A stretch of DNA of 64,000 nt from Eledone cirrhosa (taxonomy: Eukaryota), in NCBI GenBank assembly GCA_964016885.1, contig OZ024751.1, positions 49,414,001 to 49,478,000 on the forward strand, given 5' to 3'. Positions 13,331 to 26,520 of this stretch are shown here, in pieces. The position numbers and the translations under genes were made by a program. Position 1 is the stretch's first letter. Each line of letters begins with the position of its first letter. The notes beneath the pieces are model-generated. The model saw only the letters and a list, made by a program, of their open reading frames with translations, was not told the DNA's origin and ran no database searches.

Positions 13331-14923
13331 TACTACAACATGAAACAACCCACAAAATGTTCATTTGTATCATACCGTTTGGAGGATATATTGAACGACA
13401 TCAATGTAATATGCTACCGCCTTTATTAAGACGTTTTAGTCTGGGTATGAGGGATTTTCGCTGTAATTTTCACATAAACAAAAGTGTTTTAAACTTGATC
13501 ATTTTTACTTTTATTCATACATCGTCTACTTAATATATTTTTTTAAAGATTTGTTTAGAAAAGAAAGGGAAACGACTATGATGTTTGTGTGTAGGCCTTT
13601 GAAATGGATGAGATAAGACATGAAGTTATCCACAGAAAGCAAACATGGATAAATGCTTGCAGCAGAATTTCTTTCACTAAATTCATACTAAAGATAAAGA
13701 CCACTCATTTCTAAGGGTTCATATAAATTCTGTTGGCAAAAATTAATTCAAAAGGCTGTTGGTTGACGCGACGCTATCGTAAAAAACATGCACTCATGGG
13801 ACTCCGTTGTGAAATTTAACTTGTTATTACGTAGTTGCTTAGCGAAACGTTTCACCAAATGTTCATATCTCTGCGCTTTTCAAGGGAAACTTAGCTGCTA
13901 CTTCTAGCACGTCGAGACTACTTATAGGCTTGTTTGTCTCTTCGCATTCTTCTCCTCATAAACGAAGTGTTTAGAAGGAAAGTAAAATATTGGCAACAAT
14001 CCAAAGTCTAGTCGGAGATTAAAGTATGTACTCGATAAATAATGCTACTGTGGAAGGTGAAAGTTTTATTATCGTTGTTAATAATCAATGTCGTGTAGTC
14101 AAAACTGCTTCACTACTTACATAAATTCCATTTGAACATTTCCCCATCATGACCAATCAGCAATGTTCGTCTTTTAGCCTGTTTAGTCTCTTGTCAGATT
14201 TATAGATTAGTTTTCCTTGTATTTTTTTTTCAGATATTTTGCTCTATTTTATTTCATTTTATTCTGTTTGATATATTTGAATTTCTTATAGCAGTGCTCC
14301 GTGCATTTTACAATGATTTTACTTTCTTTTGTTTGTATGTTCGTTGTTTGAGATTACTTCTAAAAGTATTCTTGATAAAAGAAAAGTAGAGTTCAAAAAT
14401 ACGAAGAGTTGTTTGTGCGTATTTCCCTTTGTGTGTATTTCCTATAGTATGATAATGATAAAGGGTTGGACTGGTATAGTACTGAGTTCATAATACTGAA
14501 GGGGTATTAGAGTATATCATGCATTTACTATATGTTTATCTTGCTGTTGTGTTTCTTAAGTCCCACGCCTGAACAAAGTCATTGAATCTAATACCACACC
14601 ATATATATTTTACCATACATAGTATATATAAGACTACACAAAAACAAATATATGAAGTTTTGTAAAGATGGTATGAAGACTGTTCAGGCACATGACATTC
14701 AGCGCTCGAATCATACAACAGTCAACCTTGTCATACATATTTCGGGTTGATAAAATAAAGTTTAAATTCTAAGGAAGTGACTTTGAGAATTATTTTCTTG
14801 GCGTGCTGCTTCTTATGTTTTGTGATAGACTAGATTCTTCAGCAAGTTTCAAATAAACAACCGGTTTTTGAGAGACGTTAAATGTATTTATTCTGTGCAA
14901 TCACTTGAGCTTATGCTCTAGTT

Positions 14924-15199
14924 CAGTTATGGGCAACCTGCGGCCCGAAGCTTTCTGAATGACGCCTGAGTGAAATCTCTTCTAATTTTTTCACCCTGAC
15001 TTTTCAATCATAATTTATCTTTCTTTCCTTTATACGATCGAGGAAAAGAGTGTGTACGAATTCTCAAGAAACAAATCAAAACAACCTGAGTTACCGCTCT
15101 TTTTGAATGTGGGCACGAATGTAAATTAATGCTTGCGGCCCGCCTGATGATGAGCAATACCTCATGCGGTCCACTTCTCGAAAAGGTTGCCCTTGCCTG
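14924..15199. mobile_element. hAT (Charlie-like) MITE
   Basis: TIRs CAGTTATGGGCAACCT / AGGTTGCCCTTGCCTG. 8-bp TSD CTCTAGTT / TTCTAGTT. Internal GCGGCCCG repeats. Confidence 0.75.
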
Positions 15200-15635
15200 T
15201 TCTAGTTAGAGGATACATTATATCACTCCTCCTCACTTATATAAAGATCCTGGGAATTCAACAAGTCATGTACACATCTTTCTGCCGTATGTTAGATTCT
15301 ACTTCTGCAAAGTTTCAGTAAGTTCTTCACCTGACTAGAGTCCTCTCAATGGAATCTATATTACAAAGGACTAACATAATACCTAATGCATGAATAAAAC
15401 AAATATAGTGCATCTGAAATCGCATGACCAGAGTGGTCAGGCTTTAAAAAAATCATTCTATATTCATGTTCTTCCTCCTTGTGCCCTCAACTTAGCCGTT
15501 AGACAAATACAGATCGATAAAACAAGTTCCAGAAACAAGTATAGTGTTGACGTAATCGACTAAAGACATGTATGTGCAATAGTTAAGAATAGCGTGTAAG
15601 AGAGTGGAAGTAAATACAAACTCACATGCACCGAC

Positions 15636-15744
<109 letters not shown>

Positions 15745-15957
15745 CATATGTACACGCGCGCAGACACACACACATATATATAAATATATATATCTGTATA
15801 CACACAGATATATATATATATATACATGGAAAGTTATATTTAAATTGTTGGGTTAACAACGAGTAAATATTTATAACTGATATAAAAGCACTCAACAAGT
15901 ATTTGGAGTATATTTATGATATTAAATAAATGGAAACTATATTTATAAAACCATATT

Positions 15958-16023
15958 TATTTCATTATATATATTTCAGGGATATCATGTTAACAATATG
16001 TTATGCCTTCTTCAGACAAAATA
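15958..16023 (-). ncRNA. Hammerhead ribozyme (family of 8837-8902)
   Basis: UAUUUUGU-CUGAAGA-AGG...CCU-GAAAUAUAUAUA-AUGAAAUA. Confidence 0.7.
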
Positions 16024-16313
16024 CAATATAAACAGTCTTATAAATAAATAGATACGACATACCTTTCAATCGACTTGCATTTGGGAAGTTGATTTGGCAG
16101 TTGATACGTATATATATATATACGTATATATATATATATATATATATATACGTATATATATATATACGTATCTATATATATATATACGTATATATATATA
16201 TACGTACGTAGGTGCTGTTTTAAATAAACATGTTTTAACGGTCTATTCTCCGATTTCTTACTTTCCCACGTGTGTATATATATATATATACTTCCTTGTA
16301 ATGTATGTATGTG

Positions 16314-16401
<88 letters not shown>

Positions 16402-16803
16402 ATATATATATATATATATATATGATATATATATATGATATATATGATATATGCGCAGAAATGTGTGTATATGTGTATGTATGTGTATATGTGCATGTGT
16501 ATTTATGTGTTGTATACTGTTTCGCGTGAGAGACAATATCGAAATCCCAGATCAGAAATCATACAAATTCTATTTAAGTCATATCGTTTGGCTCCAGGTT
16601 CTACACATATGTACACTCACAGACACACACATACACACATATACACATACATACACACACTCGCATACCCTCCCACACACACACTCGCATTTCCCCCCCC
16701 CCCCACACACACACACACATACACACACACGTTTATTTATATATATATACATCTATATATATATATATCAACATACATATCCATATAGATAGAGATGTAT
16801 ACG

Positions 16804-16872
<69 letters not shown>

Positions 16873-17030
16873 GTATGTATGTGTGTGTGTGTGTGTATAT
16901 GTATATATATATGTATATATATACATACATGCATACATCTATACATACGCATATATATTCATATATCATGTGTATATATGTAATATATACATAAATATAT
17001 GATATGCTTAGAATATTATATGTTTATATA

Positions 17031-17081
<51 letters not shown>

Positions 17082-17530
17082 AAATACATACAAATACATT
17101 TATACGTTTACATATTTATATACGTACCTTTGTGTGTCCTTCACAATTTACGATTAACCAGAACAATAACTATTATAGTGCAAGTAACTAGGATCAGAAG
17201 AAACAATTTCTTTTATAGTTATAGCTACATTCCCTGCAAACCTATTCTATTATATTCTGTATAATAAAGGAAAATGATATAAATTGTTCTTATTTGATGT
17301 GTTTTAAGAATTAAATAGTGGTTAAATTTGGATATTAGCTGGAAACGATAAACTAATTAATTGAAAATAGTTTTAATGTTAATATAATGTAAAATAAAAT
17401 ATTAATATCGTTCAGTATTTGTTATTTTTCCATTATGTTAGTGCACTAATATTAACATTACACGGCTAATAATGTAAAGAATACATCATATACAGTTTAT
17501 ATAGAGTACAGTGTTATATACATATATATG

Positions 17531-17561
<31 letters not shown>

Positions 17562-18439
17562 GTATACATATATATATATGTATATATATATATATACATA
17601 CATGTATATATATATGCATATTTATATATGTATATATGTATATATGTATATATTATATACATATATATACATATATATATATGTATATATATATATACGT
17701 GTGTGTGGATATGGGTGTGTGTGTGTCTATTTATGTATCTATGTATATATCTCTCTCTATATATATATACATATAAAAACATATATATATTTGAATATAT
17801 TTGTATATATTTGTATATATTTGTATATATTTGTATATATTTGTATATGAGTGCATGTTGGATCTCCAACGGTTCCAACGATGGCTGTTACAGTTCCTAG
17901 AACAACGCAATAGCCTTCTCATTACATAATTAACGTGCAAATGGCCGATCATTTCATGGACATATGCAACTTTAATATAATTATCAAGGAGATTGGGCGT
18001 GACATTATGTGTGAGTAGGGTGGCCGTTTACGTTACATGTACACTTATGTAGACATAGGTCGATATGCATTATTTAGTTCTAACTTTTCTAATGCAATAT
18101 CTCCACGCAATAATATGACACGTCTAATGACAGGTTTATATCAGACATTGTACAACATAGAGAGATTTCACACATTTGTCTTGTTACCTGTTACATGGAT
18201 TTACACTTCTCACCTCTTGTTCATTATTGAAGCCTCTGTTCATTTTAAAGTGATAATGTTCATTCTAGATATAGTTCTACTTTATGCAATGCAATTTCAA
18301 GAATTTCTCTGATATGCAAAGTAATTTTATGTGATACCGTGTTATGAAATTCAACGCAATATTCAGTTATATGTTTATTACATTATGGAGCAATTCATTG
18401 GATATTCCCATAGAGAAATAATGATTTTTTATTTAGGCA

Positions 18440-18731
18440 CGATGATAGGCAAATCTGATATAATCGACCTCAACATTTTATTAGGAATTTATTTTATTGA
18501 CCCCGGAAAACGAACGGCAATGTTCCTCGGCGTGATATGAAATCAGAATGTAATAATTATGTTTACTTTTGGCACAAGGCCAGCAATTATACCAGTATAG
18601 GATTGTTATACCGTAAGGATTAAAGGCAAAGTTATTCTCGGCGGGATTTGAACTCAGACGATAAAGGGCCGTAACTCTTTGCTGAAAAAGCATGGCGCAG
18701 ACCCTCAACAGATACTGCCAATCCACCGCCC
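18440..18731 (-). mobile_element. SINE copy (18562-18731) plus a decayed neighbour
   Basis: Same body and tRNA-like head as 992-1625. Confidence 0.75.
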
Positions 18732-19042
18732 ACAATAAAAGTTAGTTACCGAGTGCTTTTGCGCACGATTACTATCAACTAGGATTGTGTGTTCTGTTGA
18801 TGGCAGTGACTGTTAAACGATTGGAATCGATGTACTAGAAATCTTTACTCGTTTATAACTGATGAAATGACTTGGCATTAAGGTAGTCGTATTTATATGT
18901 AATTTTAAATGTTATAGTTTTATATTTATATGGAAGCAATATTAATTTACAGCATGAAGTGTACGAAAAAGTAATTAATTTTAATCTCAAGGAGCTCTTA
19001 TGAAATACATAATAAAAGTATACTATTATATTATCTAGAAAT

Positions 19043-19142
19043 CCTGCTGAGGTTGACTTTGCCTTTCATCCTTACGGGGTCAATAAAATAAAGTACCAGT
19101 AATGTACTGGGTAATTGCTGGCCTTGTACCTAAAGTAGAAAC
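19043..19142 (+). mobile_element. 5'-truncated SINE
   Basis: GAGGTTGACTTTGCCTTTCATCCTTACGGGGTC...GGCCTTGTACCTAAAGTAGAAA. Confidence 0.8.
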
Positions 19143-19380
19143 AATTATATTATCTAGAAATGTTTTAATTACTTGTGAATAATACACAATATAAGCTCTG
19201 TGTGAACAAGTTGAATATAATATTGTCGTATAGCCGTAGAGCGAGAACGATAATTAATATCGTGATGTTTTACAACATTGAAACGTATAAAGATTGTAAA
19301 ACTAAGGTTTTAATTGTAAAAGAAGGAATGTATTGTTTCAAGAAAGTGCACCAATGAAATATTTTTTGAAATATCATTAA

Positions 19381-19592
19381 CCCTTTAGCATTTACTTTGC
19401 TCTATATATACTATTGTATTTTCATGGTAAAGGCTTTATTGCACCTAATTACCTCGTATCTATAAGATTTTGATATTATTTATTTTGATATTATTTACCT
19501 TAACATCAGCATGAGTGGCCAGTTACATCCGGTTTGAAAAGCAAGATGTGAGGGAATTCTAACCGGATACAGCTGATTTAAATGCTAAAGGG
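19381..19592. mobile_element. piggyBac-type MITE
   Basis: 14-bp TIR CCCTTTAGCATTTA / TAAATGCTAAAGGG, flanked by TTAA at 19377-19380 and 19593-19596. Confidence 0.85.
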
Positions 19593-19652
19593 TTAAACTG
19601 TTTTCAATTTTATGTAGCTATTTAAGGGAGTTGATTATGATTTATTATATTT

Positions 19653-20320
19653 GGTTCAAATCTCGCCAAGGTTAGCTTTGCCTCACATCCTTGCTTATTC
19701 GATAAAATAAAGTACCAGTCATGCACTGAAGTCGATTTAATCTAAACCCCCTCCCCCTCCATCATAATTGCAGGTCTTGTACCTAAATCAGAAGGGATTA
19801 TTGTTTCAAACTCTGCCAAGGTTAGCCTTACCTTTCATCCTTACGGGGTCGAAAAAATAAAGTGCCAGTCACGCACTCGGGTCGATTTAATCGACTTTCA
19901 CCTCCCTCGAAATTGCTGGTCTTGTGCCTAAATCACAAACCATTATTATTGTTTCAAATTCTGCCGGGTTAGATTTGTACTGTGTTCGATTTAATCGAAT
20001 TCACTTCCCGCAATATTGTTGGCCTTGTGCCAAAATAGGAAACCATTGTTGTTTGATTGATTATGGTGGTAGATTGGCAGTATCTATAGAGCATCGGACA
20101 CCATGTTTGGCGGCATGTAGTTACGGCCCTTTACGTTCTGAGTTCAAATCCCGCCGAGGTTAACTTTGCCTTTCATGCTTACGTGGTCGATAAATAAAGC
20201 ACCAATAATGAACTGGGATCGATTTAATCGATTTTCCCTTCCTTCAAAATTGCTGGCCTGGTGCCTAAAGTAGAAATCATTATGATGGTGGATTGGCTAT
20301 TTCGGTTGAGCATCGGACAG
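19653..20320 (+). mobile_element. Head-to-tail SINE cluster (three partial copies, one full copy at 20064-20276, one 5' fragment)
   Basis: Repeated TTCAAA-T-C..GCC.AGGTTA.CTTT.CCT...GGCCTTGTGCC units. Confidence 0.8.
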
Positions 20321-20654
20321 TTATTGTTTTAGCTACCGACGGATGTGAAATAACATACTGGTGTCTATATACTCGTTCAGCGTATCTTAATTTACATATA
20401 GGAAAATATATGTCTATGGAAATAATCATTTCAAGTGGATCATAATCATAAGATATGAAATATAGCATTTGGTATGTATGGAAATACGTATGTATGTATA
20501 AATGATTGACATCTCGATTAGTACCTGCTATATGGGAAGCTAAAACTTCGAGTCATGCCTTGTCAACATGAATGGACCTATTATTTTTATCTAAAGACAT
20601 TTTTTTCCAATTCCATCCCGCCCGTCCCTTCAATCCATCTTATTTCTCATTCTT

Positions 20655-20690
20655 TCTTCTGATGAAGGACTAGCTTCCGAAACGTTAAGA
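20655..20690 (+). ncRNA. Minimal hammerhead core
   Basis: CUGAUGA-A-GGA-CUAGCU-UCC-GAAACGUUA. Palindromic AACGUU. Stem I is weak. Confidence 0.5.
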
Positions 20691-21007
20691 CCCTCTTCCT
20701 GCTATATCAAGCGTTAACCTAATATATCCCTTCCATATACTGTACCTATTGTGTTGTTATTTCTGTTTACCTTTTACATACATATATATATATATAACAA
20801 AGAGGGTGTGGTAAGATACACCGGGTGGACCATAAAGCAGCGGAGTACTCAATACTTAGGATAATAGTGTGAGTAATAGAAGAGAGTCAAGACCCCGACA
20901 GCTAAGCACCGGCCGTTTCAACAGCTAGATCCGAGTTCGCATTTAGCTGACGAGACGGCTGGAGATCAGCTGTCGGGGTCCTGACTCTTTTCCTATATAT
21001 ATATATA

Positions 21008-21075
<68 letters not shown>

Positions 21076-21079
<4 letters not shown>

Positions 21080-22294
21080 TTAATACAATAACAGAGATAG
21101 TTTAAAGCTAATCTCTGACTGGTAACCATCTCACTCAACAAACATTAGGTTATATTTTAATATAAACCCAATTTAAGTGTTTGGTGTGCTAACAATATGT
21201 ATTATGTGGAAAAGCCAGTTGTATTATTTTATGAGATATAATTAAAGTTAAAATATATCTCTCTTTCCAAACAATTGTTTCATTATAAGTTTTCTACAAA
21301 TTCGGAGAATACTTCCAGTTTATGTAGAAGCCTAATATACATTCATGTAAGAATATATTTAGGTGGGTGCTTATAAATCATCAGTGGAAGCCCATTAAAC
21401 TTTGATATAAGAAAAACATTTCTTACCACAGTTAAAAATCGTGTCTGTTAAGTTGCTCCTTCCCGCATCGAATGACCGGCAAATTTGAAATCCAGCAGTT
21501 TTTGACTGAGGAAGTATTATAGCGTCACTAAGCGGGAAGGGGAGACCACTACGATCCACGAAAGGAGGAAAAAAAATAATATACACGCGGGTTAATCAGT
21601 TTTTTCGGAAACATTATCAATCCAACGTGTTAAGAACTCAATTGAAATTAAAAAAATAAATATATGCGTGTATAAATTACACACGCATATAGATATTTTC
21701 TTAGGCTAAAATCAGAGGTTGTACCTGAATAAGAAACCGCATCTCGTAACCGTAGTAAATACGGAAAGTTATGCTTTAAAGGGCAAATGGGAATGTAAAT
21801 CTGCGGCCGAATTAAGAGTAGAATATAAAACACACGCGGTTTAATTAGTTATTTCAAAACTAATATCAATTCCTCGTGTAAAGAACTCAATTACTTTAAA
21901 AAAATAAATGTATGCATGTAATTATATACATAGGCATATATATATTTTCCTAGGCTAAAAAACAGAGAAGTTACAACCAATAAAAACCACAATATCGCAC
22001 AACAGTAATAAATACGGAAAGTCAAATGTATAAGGTACCTGGAAATAAACACCTCTGGCCAATCAAGAGTAAAATATTAATACAATAACAGAGATAGTTT
22101 AAAGCTAATCTCTGACTGGTAACCATCTCACTCAACAAACATTAGGTTATATTTTAATATAAACCCAATTTAAGTGTTTGGGGTGGTAACAATATGTATT
22201 ATGTGGAAAAGCCAGTTGTATTATTTTATGAGATATAATTAAAGTTAAAATATATCTCTCTTTCCAAACAATTGTTTCATTATAAGTTTTCTAC

Positions 22295-22299
<5 letters not shown>
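21076..22299 (-). mobile_element. Non-coding PLE-like element: 997-bp unit plus ~225-bp direct repeat (pseudo-LTR), HHR at 21265-21389
   Basis: 21076-21302 is repeated at 22073-22299. HHR: UUCCA-CUGAUGA-UUUAUAAG...CUUAUAAU-GAAAC-AAUU-GUU-UGGAA. (TA)n on both sides. Confidence 0.8.
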
Positions 22300-22366
<67 letters not shown>

Positions 22367-22409
22367 CGATTCTTTGCTTAAACTTTAATCTGTTATTTTA
22401 ATAAATATA

Positions 22410-22474
<65 letters not shown>

Positions 22475-22559
22475 AACGATCGACTTTCGTCAAATCGGAC
22501 CGAGGGAACAATGTTTCCGTTGGTCTTTCCAATTGCTAATACTATCTATCTGTCGCAAC

Positions 22560-22622
22560 TCCAGGTAAAAGGAGCAACGTGAAATAAAGTGTCTTGCTCA
22601 AGGACATAACGCATCGCCTGGT

Positions 22623-22624
<2 letters not shown>
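22560..22624 (-). mobile_element. Fragment of a second SINE family
   Basis: GGAGCAACGTGAAATAAAGTGTCTTGCTCAAGGACATAAC resembles a widespread metazoan SINE central domain (recalled, unverified). Confidence 0.45.
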
Positions 22625-22669
<45 letters not shown>

Positions 22670-23039
22670 AATTAATGACATCCGTTACAATTATCTACAC
22701 ACACGTGCACACATATAGACGGTTATTCAAAAATGTATGTAAAAAATTCAGTTCCTGGAAATGTCCTTGTTTCTTTGTTTACATCACATTACGAAATCAA
22801 AATAAATTTCGTCTCCATAATACCAAAGTCCAATTCTTAATATTACTGATTATATCATGGCATGTTTTAATGTGTTATGTAGCTGCGTATGTGTCTACTA
22901 AATCACCTGCCAGTACATGTTGCATTTCTAAATACATATTTCATGTTTAAATTAATTGGTACTCATAAAAGTTTAATTGTAAAGTAGAAAATCAATTATG
23001 GAAACGCAGGTAATTTGCGAACTACATTTACGTTATTAT

Positions 23040-23111
<72 letters not shown>

Positions 23112-23293
23112 AGTATATACATACAAATATTAATACATATATATCTACATACAAATATTCATATAAATATATATATGTATATATATGTGTATATATATAT
23201 ACTTATATATACATATATATGTAGAGAGAGAGAAAGAAAGAGAGGGGGAGTGAGAGAGAGAGTGAGAGTGAGAGAAAGAGAGAGAGAGACAGA

Positions 23294-23349
<56 letters not shown>

Positions 23350-23777
23350 CAATTTCTTCAATCTTAATTATACACACACATACACACACAGAGACACACA
23401 ATCAGAGACACACACACGTATATATGTATATATGTGTGTGCATATAAACGAATTTTATAACAAGACCTACAGGTTTTCTACTTTTCACAATAGAAACCAC
23501 CGCTGTAATATCATGTGATGTAAAGTTGGAATTTTCAAACTGTTTAAAAGATTATGTAATGTTTAAGGTTCAATGTCAATAACCGGGTTTTATTACCATG
23601 TATATTGTTGTGCTACGTAGGTTCAGCACTGGTAAGATAGACAACAACACAGTATTATTGCGTTGTCATGAATAGTACATGACTGTAAAGTGTTTTTGAG
23701 GACATTTGCATGAATTTAGTAAAAGACGAATATGGTATGAATAAAAAGATTTATTTGAGAAAGAATTGTCCTCTATA

Positions 23778-23823
<46 letters not shown>

Positions 23824-23965
23824 GGGTTGACGGACCCACCATATTTATCAATGCCAGTACTGGTTGTATCTCAGCGCACTCAATGGGCAATGTAAGATAG
23901 ATTACCAGAGTATACACATAGTTATTTGCCTCAACACAACACACGTAAAACGGGTGCCTATAAGG

Positions 23966-24012
23966 TTCCCGGACTCGAGTTTCAGCGAGAATCGCCTTTC
24001 GGCAGGTAGAAA
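23966..24012 (-). ncRNA. Degenerate hammerhead
   Basis: CUGCCGA-AA-GGCGA-UUC-UCGCU-GAAAC-UCGA-GUC. Core A6 is mutated and stem I is poor. Confidence 0.5.
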
Positions 24013-24092
24013 AAGCGAAACGTATATATATAAATATGCACACACCCAAACAAACACGCATATGTATATGTGTATGTGTAAGCGTGTGTGTG

Positions 24093-24151
<59 letters not shown>

Positions 24152-24220
24152 GTTAGTCTTCAAGTTTATTATTATTACTATATATATATAAATATATATA
24201 TATATATGCATATGTGCGTG

Positions 24221-24269
<49 letters not shown>

Positions 24270-24273
<4 letters not shown>

Positions 24274-25215
24274 CATTATGAAGAGAGAAGAAACATTAGA
24301 TATAATTAATAATAAGATATGTCATACCCAACTGCTTCTTTAGTCCCCGACTACGTAGTTTCGTGGCATATTATGCAAAAACAATACATCACAGAGATAT
24401 AGAATGTTTGTGAAGTCTGCCGACTTATCAAGAGGATACCTCATTAAGGGTTTCAAAACACGTCCGTCAGATGCGAGATAGCATCCCGAAAGGCGGAGGG
24501 GAGTCAATCACGTGATACAGCGGTCAAGAAACAGAGCTTGGTACCACTCAAGGATATATGTGGATATATTCATGTATATGTATGTGTCCACATGTATATG
24601 TGTCTCTCTTTATATATTGTTTATAACTCCCTTTGGTCGAGTAACCTTTGAAGTGTAGTGACTGCTAGAAAGCTACAATTACTCATACTTCTTGCCTCCT
24701 TAACCACCTCTTCTACGGCCTTGATATAAATACCCCCTCTGCCTCCGTGGTATTTTTTTCAGGGTTATAAGAGGCTTAGCTCTGTTTCTTGACCGCTGTA
24801 TCACGTGATTGACTCCCCCTCCGCCTTTCGGGATACTATCTCGCATCTTACGGACGTGTTTTGAAACCCTTAATGAGGTATCCTCTTGATAAGTCGGCAG
24901 ACCTCACAAAAATTCTATATCTCTGTAATCTAGTGATTATGCATAATAAGCCACAAAACTACGTAGTCGGGGACTGAAGAACCAGCTAGTTATGATATAT
25001 CTTATTACTAATTATATCTAATGTTTTTTCTCTCTTCATAATGTATTATATAGCTCTGATACTGAATCAATCTAATCCATTCGGATTGGTTTGTCCCAGT
25101 TATTCATAGAGCAACATCGGTTGAGGTTAGTACCACTAACACAGGGATATGTGTGGATATATTCATGTATATGTATGTGTCCGCATGTATCTGTGTGTTT
25201 CTCTCTATATATATA
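24270..25215. mobile_element. PLE-like element with inverted arms (24270-24538 / 24778-25048), a direct repeat (24541-24615 / 25130-25213) and a variant HHR at 24344-24436 (minus)
   Basis: Arms align by eye with scattered substitutions. HHR: UCCUC-UUGAUAA-GUCGGC...GCCAC-GAAAC-UACGUA-GUC-GGGGA. Confidence 0.75.
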
Positions 25216-25374
25216 TAAATATATATATATATATGTATATATATATGTGTGTGTGTGTGTGTTTGTGTAGGGAAAACCAAACAATCAGTGTCTTCTGTTA
25301 TTATTTCTGGCAATATTATAACAATATGACCCTCCCCAAGTATCAAGTATAACAATATATATATATATATATAA

Positions 25375-25750
<376 letters not shown>

Positions 25751-26319
25751 ATATATATTTATATACATATCTATTTTTATATGTATGTATATACATATAT
25801 ATATTTATGTATATATTTAATATATTTCGATATATTCATGAAATTCAGCTCATAATTATATAACTGTATAAGCAACCAACGTATGAAATCATAATTTAGT
25901 TGAGCAATTACACCATCCCTAGCATATATTGTATTGATTGTCAATTCTGTTTTTCTAAACACCCTCAATTTCTACCCATATCCATCCTTATGCACCATGC
26001 TTTATATCTCTAGCCACCCTCACCTGTTGTCCTATAATCTATATACCTGTTGATATCTTGTATGAATAATCACATTTACTTTACTTTTTTCTTTGTTCTG
26101 CCTTCATAGCCTGAACGAAAGGAACAAATGGTAGAGTATAGCCTGAGCTCTTGTTTGATTTTTTTATGTGTGTATGTAGGTTTATATAGGTGTACTTATA
26201 TGCATATCTGTCTATTTATATATGTATATATGAATATATATATATATATATATATAAATATACATATATATATAATTGTATATATATTTATGTATATATA
26301 TTTATATATATATATATAC

Positions 26320-26355
<36 letters not shown>

Positions 26356-26520
26356 GTGAATATGTATATAACTATATATACCAGACTCCGATGTTGTTGC
26401 ATGGCTTCTATGTTGTCACAGAAACACGTTGTTAGCTCCCCATTCACTCACGTGTCCTGCATTGTAATATGAATACAGACAGGTATATACATACAGACAT
26501 ATACATATATAAATATATAT

